A stretch of 64,000 nt of DNA from Patescibacteria group bacterium (lineage in GTDB: Bacteria; Patescibacteriota; Saccharimonadia; Saccharimonadales; CAYUUR01), in the NCBI GenBank assembly GCA_052034685.1, contig JBPOIH010000011.1, positions 17,910 through 81,909 on the forward strand. The letters run 5' to 3'. Both the position numbers and the translations under genes were made by a program. The first letter of the stretch is position 1. Each line of letters starts with the position of its first letter. The notes below the pieces were generated by a model. That model made no database searches and was not told the DNA's origin. It worked only from the letters and a program-made list of their open reading frames with translations. Below, piece after piece: positions 38,187 through 44,819 of this stretch.

Positions 38187-38214
38187 AGTTAGAACCGAAA
38201 TAACAGTTCTAACT
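38187..38214 (+). terminator. hairpin terminator after the DUF2202 gene
   Basis: AGTTAGAAC-10 nt-GTTCTAACT. Confidence 0.6.
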
Positions 38215-38229
38215 TCATCTGATACGGAT

Positions 38230-38400
38230 TGGCTCCCGGGCGAGAATTGCCTGTGGCAGTTCGCAAGGAAACCGAGTGTGCGTGGCTTGGCCGACCGAAC
38301 CGACAACTTGCATCAGCTGAAGCTGTTGCTTTAGCGATTCAACTCTATACCAGGGGCAAGAAAAAAAGAGCCCAAATGGACTCATCTTTTCATGGTTCTC
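38230..38400 (-). repeat. tRNA-downstream element, diverged Asn copy C
   Basis: It starts TGGCTCCCGGG and shares TGTGCGTGGCTTGGCCGACCGAACCGACAACTTGCATCAGCTGAAGCTG with copy A at 49091-49274. By eye it is roughly 70-80 percent similar, not computed. Confidence 0.6.
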
Positions 38401-38414
38401 TGTAGTCCTGGAAG

Positions 38415-38756
38415 TTAGAATTGTTCTGGTATAGTCTCTGCTGCTTGCTGAACAGTCGGAACGAAGCGGATTTCAACTTCCATAGCACCGTCAGCGGCTA
38501 TCCGCTGGGTGTCAACTCGCTCCATTGGCTCGTCTTTGAAACGACACGTAAGACAGCCTAACTTACTTGCAATAGCTTCTCTGTCGGTGGAATTGCCAAT
38601 ATGAAACGGCCATTCATTAGCTATGTCCTTGCTGCCGAAGGGGTATTGTGGGCAGACGACTTCTAGTTTCGGATTATGTGTTGGGTTAAAGTTGCGCAAT
38701 GCTTTATTAGGACAGCCTTCAAATGCTTGCAGTGCAGGTCGTTTACGTTTGAACAT
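38415..38756 (-). CDS. hypothetical protein
   Basis: 113-aa ORF between two repeat copies. Confidence 0.5.
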   Translation of the reverse strand: MFKRKRPALQAFEGCPNKALRNFNPTHNPKLEVVCPQYPFGSKDIANEWPFHIGNSTDREAIASKLGCLTCRFKDEPMERVDTQRIAADGAMEVEIRFVPTVQQAAETIPEQF

Positions 38757-38822
38757 TCTGATATTCCTCTCGATAAGTATTCAATATTACTTGTCCTCTC
38801 TTTGCAAGCATGAGCAAAACAA

Positions 38823-38898
38823 TTCCGGGGTCGGGTAACGCACGTTATCTGTGAGCCGAGCTTGCTCGGGCAACAGACTAACGACCAAGCCGACAGCC
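38823..38898 (-). repeat. degenerate fragment of the tRNA-downstream element (copy D)
   Basis: TTCCGGGGTCGGGTAACGCAC...GAGCCGAGCTTGCTCGGGC...CGACCAAGCCGACAGCC parallels the Asn/Ser copies. Confidence 0.35.
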
Positions 38899-38928
38899 TA
38901 CTGCCAGCGCTCTGTCTGGTTTGCTAAT

Positions 38929-39441
38929 CTAGACGACACTGTCAAAGAACTCTTGAGTAGAACGCGTCACGGCTTCTCTTGCAGCTTCTATCTCAGCCAG
39001 ATTGAGAGGCAATTCTAAAACCTCTGACCCAACAATGCGTATTCTGCGTTGCTCAGGTCGATCGTAGGGCGTTACTTCATAGACCTCTAGGCTGTTAGCG
39101 GTATTCTGTGAACCCAGCAAAATACCTTCAACATTTCCAGGATTTAAGGGATTCGTTTGGGTTATTCGTCTGCGAACAATACGAACTAATACATCAGCCC
39201 ATGAAGGACTGTATGTATAAAATTCTGTCTCTTGTATTTTAAGGCTGCTAGGAGCATGTTCTGAACGTAACGAGCGTAGATTATATTCACCTTTTTGGCT
39301 TGCAGCCACGGCTAATCTCGCTAGAGTGTGAGAACGGCCAAGTTTGTCACTTGGCGGCACAAACTCTCCGCTTAGCGCATCATAAAAAAGTGGGCGTATC
39401 GGAATTTCATACGTTCCTCTAGAAAATCGTCCCGTAAACAT
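38929..39441 (-). CDS. hypothetical protein
   Basis: 170-aa ORF. Confidence 0.5.
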   Translation of the reverse strand: MFTGRFSRGTYEIPIRPLFYDALSGEFVPPSDKLGRSHTLARLAVAASQKGEYNLRSLRSEHAPSSLKIQETEFYTYSPSWADVLVRIVRRRITQTNPLNPGNVEGILLGSQNTANSLEVYEVTPYDRPEQRRIRIVGSEVLELPLNLAEIEAAREAVTRSTQEFFDSVV

Positions 39442-39520
39442 CTACCAATAATACCATATTTTTGGTATTCGTAAAGGTCTTGACTCTTCCTTGTGGACTC
39501 ATTTCGCAACTTTGAGTGCT

Positions 39521-39904
39521 CTAAAGATTCTCGTCAAGGAATTGCTTTAAAGCTACTAAATCCCGTTTAGTATGGTCGTAGTGATAAGTTTTGATTCCTA
39601 CGGATTCTGCGCTTTTTACGGCGTCTGGATTGTGTTCAAAACACACAGTATCGCTTGCATCAAGATTCAAGTACTCCAATAATCTTTCGTAATACGCAGG
39701 ATCAGTCTTTTCTGGATTATGCTTGAGCGTAAAGACATCATAATGTTTATCATGGAGATTGTACTTTTCAAACTGTTCGTCATCAGCACCCGTGAGGATT
39801 ATCTTCAAATTATCATATGTTTCAAGAAGGTCGTACATTTCTTGAAACAATGTCCCGTCTTTATTCACCATTCCATTTATCGCGTCTACAAAGATCGTCT
39901 TCAT
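39521..39904 (-). CDS. HAD-like hydrolase fold protein (tentative)
   Basis: Trimmed to MKTIFVDAINGMV. The C-terminal FEHNPDAVKSAESVGIKTY resembles HAD motif IV, but motif I is atypical. Confidence 0.4.
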   Translation of the reverse strand: MKTIFVDAINGMVNKDGTLFQEMYDLLETYDNLKIILTGADDEQFEKYNLHDKHYDVFTLKHNPEKTDPAYYERLLEYLNLDASDTVCFEHNPDAVKSAESVGIKTYHYDHTKRDLVALKQFLDENL

Positions 39905-39980
39905 ACTGTCAGTATAGCAAAACGAGGCGTTTCTGCCTCGCATCAAACGCGTCGGTTAACTGTCTGTTAAGTAGCTTGAA

Positions 39981-40547
39981 CTATTCAGATGTCGGTATGA
40001 ATCTTGACCGACCTACAAAGGTCTCGCGGCAAATCCATAAGCTGTTTTGGTAATCTGACGCTCCCTGCCAGTTGTCTGCGTCTTCATGATCAGCTTCATA
40101 TAGTTGGCCGTTTACTAGATCAAGCGCTACGCCTCTTGTTTCACGATCAGTTTGGTTACGATCGATTGTGATAGTAGAAGGATTACGGTCAGCGATCACC
40201 TCAGCAATTGCATCAGATGTTGGCCAGCCTTTACTTGGATCTGCCTGCTTGGTTTGTACAATTTTTACATCAGCATCTTGTAGTTTCCCAAAAAAACTAC
40301 ATAACCCACTGACTGTCTCAATTAGGTTAGGTGTGTAAGAAATGTGCGCAAGTAGCCCTTTTTGTCGTTCCGGGGAGTAGATTGACACCGCCTTACACAC
40401 GTAAAGCCCCATGGTGGCAATAAATGGTCGCTCTGCACTAGATGCAGCTACGACAAATTCTCCTTCGCCGACAGCGTGGAAGTCAATTTTTTCTGTGAGT
40501 GGAACAGTTGTAAAACCGCCAATTTCTTGAGAAACCATAAAACACAC
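39981..40547 (-). CDS. hypothetical protein
   Basis: 188-aa ORF. Confidence 0.5.
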   Translation of the reverse strand: MCFMVSQEIGGFTTVPLTEKIDFHAVGEGEFVVAASSAERPFIATMGLYVCKAVSIYSPERQKGLLAHISYTPNLIETVSGLCSFFGKLQDADVKIVQTKQADPSKGWPTSDAIAEVIADRNPSTITIDRNQTDRETRGVALDLVNGQLYEADHEDADNWQGASDYQNSLWICRETFVGRSRFIPTSE

Positions 40548-40588
40548 TATATCACAAAAATAGTAATTAGTCTATAGCAGTCGATAGC

Positions 40589-40767
40589 TGGCCCCCAGGG
40601 GTCGGGTAATGCACATCTTGCACTCGTTCTCGGAGTAAACTCCTGCGGGCGAGCTGGATGACCGAACCAACAACTTGCCTCAGCTGAAGCTGCTGCGTTG
40701 CCGATTCAAATCAAAGCCCAAGAGAATGAAAAAAGACCCTCACATGAGGATCTTTTTTCATTGGCTC
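40589..40767 (-). repeat. tRNA-downstream element, copy B; its last 108 bp form the left direct repeat of the RiPP islet
   Basis: 40660-40767 matches 49173-49280 at 107 of 108 positions (hand-aligned). This includes the terminator hairpin and the first 6 nt of the tRNA-Asn 3' end. Confidence 0.8.
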
Positions 40768-40881
40768 TCCCTAGTGGACGTACTTCGCAACTATTCAATT
40801 ACAGATTTTAGTTGTCCTACGGGCATTATGATTAACTATCTGTATTCAAAAGCTTCTTGCCCATAGATAAATCTGGCTGCT

Positions 40882-41406
40882 TTATTGTGGGTTTGTCATA
40901 GCTCGCAAGTATTTGAGAGTCAGGGACACATTATAATCATGCGTGTTACCGTCAAGTTCGACACAGCTGATATTATCCTCACTTCTCTTCACCATTGTTA
41001 ACACATCCTGATATGTGCCCATTGGGTCATTGTTGTTCTGCAGGATACAGATCGGCATATGACATTTACCGATCCACTCGTCTACCGGTAGGTCAGTATT
41101 TTTAAGCAGATTAATTGGTAGGCCAGCAAAGATACAGGAGTCTGGATTGAGGAAACCTTCAGCAATCAGCTTGAGCGCAAGTACTGATCCTACCGATTTT
41201 GCAATGACACAAGAGAAATTTCTCTGGTCGATAATTGGCTTGAGTCGAAGAATCTCGGCGTCCAAATCAATATACTGGTCGCCGTTTTCCCAATGCAGGT
41301 AGCTAACCGGTGTAACATCAAAGCTCGATCTGGCTGCTTTAGTCAGCTTCAATAGCCAAGTTGCATTCTTGCTGCTGTTACCTGGAAGTATTAGTATATT
41401 TTTCAC
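40882..41406 (-). CDS. small alpha/beta-hydrolase-fold protein
   Basis: 174 aa with a GTG start preceded by AAAGGA. It has a nucleophile-elbow-like AKSVGS, a later NNNDP and GNTHDY. It overlaps the kinase gene by 29 nt. Confidence 0.55.
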   Translation of the reverse strand: MKNILILPGNSSKNATWLLKLTKAARSSFDVTPVSYLHWENGDQYIDLDAEILRLKPIIDQRNFSCVIAKSVGSVLALKLIAEGFLNPDSCIFAGLPINLLKNTDLPVDEWIGKCHMPICILQNNNDPMGTYQDVLTMVKRSEDNISCVELDGNTHDYNVSLTLKYLRAMTNPQ

Positions 41407-42334
41407 GAACGATCCTTTCTATATTCATTAAATCAATCTCCATGTTGATACATTCAAGCGCAATATGAAGTATGCGTGCCTTCTCGCCCTGGTTCATGAG
41501 GAGATCATCATAAGGCACCCACTTATTATTGATTCGATAAATAATAGTCGCCAATAAACAGCCTACAATTAGTTTTTCGTCTTTTTTCTCGAACATCTGT
41601 TGTTCTAACGATGTATATCCAGACATGAACTGGCTTACGGCACCGGGACTGTGGGGTGTGCTAATAGTATGCAATAACAAATGACCGAGAACATAGCCCA
41701 ATTCAAAGACAACATTTCCGATGTGTGCCTTATCAAAATCAATGAAGTATACGTGCTCATTATTGAATAGTATGTTTTTTGGAGACAGGTCACCCATGAT
41801 GAAGGATCTATGTGCATTTTTCAGCTGCGTTGGAAGCCAACTGAGTCCTGCGTATCCCAACGATTCTATGTGATTAAATAACGCAGAACTGTAAAAATCA
41901 CGATCGTCTTTACGGACAAAGTTAATTTCAGTAGTAGCATTGTGGACTCTAGCCACTGAAGCGCCTAACAGATAAAAGAATTCTGGCTTAAGTTTATTCG
42001 AGTTCAGTGATTGTGTGATTATGGTTGCGTTACGGTCAACTGATGTTAGTAAAGCACACCCCAAACTCTCATTATATGCAAGAAGCTTCGGAAAATACTC
42101 AAGAGATGTTGAATCTAGAATTTCTAACGCATGTGCTTCTCTGGCTATGTCGTCAGGAGAAGACGCGACATGGCTGTTGAGTTTGTAATGTGTTCCTCTG
42201 ATTTTCAAATAATAAGTCTCTATATCTGTGCTAATTCGGAAGACGCGATGTATTGAACCTCCACTAACCTCTTGCATAGAGAAAGGCTTGTTAAGTACTT
42301 GGGATGTGAATTTTTTGTACTTGGTGTCTAGCAT
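41378..42334 (-). CDS. APH/choline-kinase-fold phosphotransferase
   Basis: Has a Gly-rich loop (VSGGSIHRVFRI), YYLKIRG (Lys), a catalytic loop GDLSPKNILF and the metal site YFIDFDKA. The start was trimmed to ATG 42334, 7 nt after the YcaO-fusion stop. Confidence 0.7.
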   Translation of the reverse strand: MLDTKYKKFTSQVLNKPFSMQEVSGGSIHRVFRISTDIETYYLKIRGTHYKLNSHVASSPDDIAREAHALEILDSTSLEYFPKLLAYNESLGCALLTSVDRNATIITQSLNSNKLKPEFFYLLGASVARVHNATTEINFVRKDDRDFYSSALFNHIESLGYAGLSWLPTQLKNAHRSFIMGDLSPKNILFNNEHVYFIDFDKAHIGNVVFELGYVLGHLLLHTISTPHSPGAVSQFMSGYTSLEQQMFEKKDEKLIVGCLLATIIYRINNKWVPYDDLLMNQGEKARILHIALECINMEIDLMNIERIVREKYTNTSR

Positions 42335-42341
42335 TTTATAC

Positions 42342-44552
42342 CTAAGGGAAAAAATGAGGGGGATTAGGGTATTTTGACCAACGGGAAGGATAATCAAGAA
42401 CAGAGAACCGTTCATGTGCAAGGGGTTCGTTACCGAAACCGAAATTGAGCGGCAGAAGCACGGGACTGATTATGCGAATCACCCATAAATCGTATTCATC
42501 TACTGGATACTTCATGACAACTTCAATTGGACGGTATTGCTTTATCAGTTCATTCATTTCACCTTCAAAACTGCGCAGTTCATTGACATTTTGGCCTTCA
42601 GAAAAAAGCCAGTCTGTCTCGGCTCTTTTTTTGTTGGCGTAGTAAAGTCCATGATGGTGTGGTGATTCTATATCAACTTTAGCAGGTGACTTATTTCTCT
42701 CTTTGAGCCATGAGAGTAGAGTTGCTTCAAGTTCATCAAAGGCCTTCATTAGTGCCTTATTGTAACTATGGCTTGCCGCCGCTCCGACTACGAAGTATGG
42801 GTAGCTGGTTCGTCTGATGCATATTAATACGGTAGGTACTTGATCAGTCGTTATATCTAAGAATACTAGTTCACTTCCCTTTTCATCAAGCCAGAAAGAC
42901 GCCCGTTGTTTAATGTCTGCAGGAATTAGTTTAAGTGGTATTTGACCGAACGGCCGCTTTGTAAACCAGAGACTTGTAATTGCATCTCGTTCAATAAGTT
43001 CGTACAAAGCACGGACGCGAGCTTCTTCCCTGTCAAAGTGAGCGGCAACTCCGCTTGAACTTATGTTGCAGATTAGCTTGCGTTTCAGCTTCTCTTGGTA
43101 CAGAGGATAGAACACTTGATCGATGATAATGAGTCGTTTGCTGCTATCAGATAGATCGGTTCCTTCTATCCACTGATATTTTTTGGTTGGTGAGAATTTC
43201 TCATAGCGAGCAGAAATTTCTCGCCGCTTATACCACCTATCATCAATAGGCCATAACTGATCTGGGTTAATTGGATCGCAACGCTCTGTCAAATTTTGGT
43301 AAGTATCCTCAACATCATATCTCAGATGGCCGCTTGCAAGGCGCTCTATAGCTTCTGCAATGGTTTTTATATTCGCTTCCAAGGAAGAGTAGCCAGTTGC
43401 AAAAGAAAAACCTTTCATCTTTTTATCTTCAGCTTTTTTTTCAATACTGCGGAAACTTGCTAAGGACGAGACGCGTGGCATATAGTGGTCGGCGTATGTT
43501 AACTCTTCTGCATCGATCCACTCAATCAACTTCCCGTCTCCAACGTATTTTTCCATTAAGTGCCAAAGCTTTTTCATTTGCTCGAGAGGTAGTTCATAGC
43601 TGGTGTCTTTCTCGTCCTTCTCGTACGGTGAAATTATTAGCGGGATTATCGGTGTTTGATTTTGTGTCAGGCTGAATATCTCACGAAATCGGGTGCTATT
43701 AAAACCACCGTACTCTAAAACACCGATTTCTTTCTCGGCACATAACAGTTGGATATTCTGGGCTACATGGCCGCTCTCAAGTAAGGTATATATAAAGCCG
43801 CGATTACTGTACTTTTTTGTGTGAAGAGAAGTATCAGCTGAAATGAGTATGATTGCATCAGCGTTTGTAGCGACATCTTCTCCGCCAAGCGCATAGCGCA
43901 CGTCTTCTATAGAGTATGCGAAATTCTTAACTGGTTCCAACACCTGTTCCACGGCGGAATAAGAATAGACTCCTTGGGAATATTCCCCTATTGTATTCAA
44001 GATGAGCACATTGAAGGATAACGGATATAGTGCCCCAGCTGATGGGACGGTTGAATGTCCGTTGATAAAATACATACGCCCAAGGATGTAATCCAAATCT
44101 GCCTGAGATGTACTCCGTGTTGACGAGAAGGTGCGCGTAGTTTTTCTTTTACGGAGAATAGTCTCAAGTTGTGACTGCTGGCTCGGGTTACCTCCAGTTG
44201 CCGTTCCACGTGCAATTGAAACCGGACTACGTAAGTTAGTTATTTCGTTTGGATTGATCGCTGACCTATATAAGGATTCGTATTGTGTGCTCGTAAGGTA
44301 TGACTTATAGAGTTCTGAAGAATCAGCGACAATACCGAGTTCCTCAAGATCTCTGAGTAACTGCTCAGTGACACGGAGCTTCATCCCAGCCGCCTCAGCT
44401 ATTTCGTTAATGGTGCGAAGGCCATTACAAAACGGTAATATGCAGAAGATTTCTTTAATGTGGCTCTGTATAGTGCACTCACCCTTTTGCGTTATAAACG
44501 TAGCGCCGGCAGGGGTTTTGTAACCAAAAGTAATTGTTAGAGGTTTATCCAT
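42342..44552 (-). CDS. fusion protein: N-terminal wHTH (RRE-like) + SagB-type FMN dehydrogenase + YcaO domain
   Basis: wHTH-like: TINEIAEAAGMKLRVTEQLLRDLEELGIV. SagB-like: ILRKRKTTRTF, PSAGALYP, YTLLESGHVAQN. YcaO-like: ATGYSSLEANIKTIAEAIERLA, SSSGVAAHFDREEARVRALYELIERDA and a Pro-rich C-terminus PNPPHFFP. The start was trimmed to ATG 44552 because the longer ORF overlaps the upstream hairpin. Confidence 0.85.
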   Translation of the reverse strand: MDKPLTITFGYKTPAGATFITQKGECTIQSHIKEIFCILPFCNGLRTINEIAEAAGMKLRVTEQLLRDLEELGIVADSSELYKSYLTSTQYESLYRSAINPNEITNLRSPVSIARGTATGGNPSQQSQLETILRKRKTTRTFSSTRSTSQADLDYILGRMYFINGHSTVPSAGALYPLSFNVLILNTIGEYSQGVYSYSAVEQVLEPVKNFAYSIEDVRYALGGEDVATNADAIILISADTSLHTKKYSNRGFIYTLLESGHVAQNIQLLCAEKEIGVLEYGGFNSTRFREIFSLTQNQTPIIPLIISPYEKDEKDTSYELPLEQMKKLWHLMEKYVGDGKLIEWIDAEELTYADHYMPRVSSLASFRSIEKKAEDKKMKGFSFATGYSSLEANIKTIAEAIERLASGHLRYDVEDTYQNLTERCDPINPDQLWPIDDRWYKRREISARYEKFSPTKKYQWIEGTDLSDSSKRLIIIDQVFYPLYQEKLKRKLICNISSSGVAAHFDREEARVRALYELIERDAITSLWFTKRPFGQIPLKLIPADIKQRASFWLDEKGSELVFLDITTDQVPTVLICIRRTSYPYFVVGAAASHSYNKALMKAFDELEATLLSWLKERNKSPAKVDIESPHHHGLYYANKKRAETDWLFSEGQNVNELRSFEGEMNELIKQYRPIEVVMKYPVDEYDLWVIRIISPVLLPLNFGFGNEPLAHERFSVLDYPSRWSKYPNPPHFFP

Positions 44553-44610
44553 ATGTGATTGTATTTGTTTAATAAGAAAAATGCACAGGCGAGTTCCCCC
44601 GCCCATACAT

Positions 44611-44636
44611 TAAAAAAAGCGCCTTTATGTGCGCTA
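44611..44636 (-). terminator. short hairpin + U7 between the precursor ORF and the enzyme gene (attenuator-like)
   Basis: The minus strand reads AGCGC-acataaag-GCGCT followed by TTTTTTT. Confidence 0.55.
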
Positions 44637-44644
44637 TATGAACT

Positions 44645-44737
44645 CTAGCTTGATCCTGAACAGGACATCGCTGCGTAAGATCGTGCTTTTGTAGCAACTT
44701 TACTGTTGTAAGAGCTTACTGATGCTTTGATCTTCAT
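44645..44737 (-). CDS. candidate RiPP precursor peptide, 30 aa (not in the ORF track)
   Basis: AAAGGAGG, 5 nt, then ATG. The hand translation is MKIKASVSSYNSKVATKARSYAAMSCSGSS*. It lies immediately upstream of the YcaO fusion gene. Confidence 0.65.
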   Translation of the reverse strand: MKIKASVSSYNSKVATKARSYAAMSCSGSS

Positions 44738-44773
44738 GCCAACCTCCTTTCTCAACAAGACGTTGTGAGAAGA

Positions 44774-44802
44774 ATTATCATCTATACGGAATAAAAAGTC
44801 AA
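44774..44802 (-). promoter_or_regulatory. sigma70-like promoter for the precursor ORF
   Basis: The minus strand reads TTGACT, 17 nt, GATAAT. The -10 ends ~36 nt upstream of the ATG. Confidence 0.55.
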
Positions 44803-44819
44803 TCAGCACTCGCTATCTA

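Noticed and set aside
40675-40866. Track ORFs 40675-40866 and 49110-49316, which share the peptide LKLLRCRFKSKPKRMKKDPHMRIFFHWL
   Set aside because: The identity comes from the 108-bp DNA direct repeat, which contains a terminator hairpin. The frames diverge outside the repeat and one runs into tRNA-Asn.
44553-44606. The longer start (44606) for the YcaO fusion ORF
   Set aside because: The extra 18 codons overlap the hairpin+U7 downstream of the precursor ORF, so ATG 44552 is more plausible. Neither start has a strong SD, so this stays uncertain.
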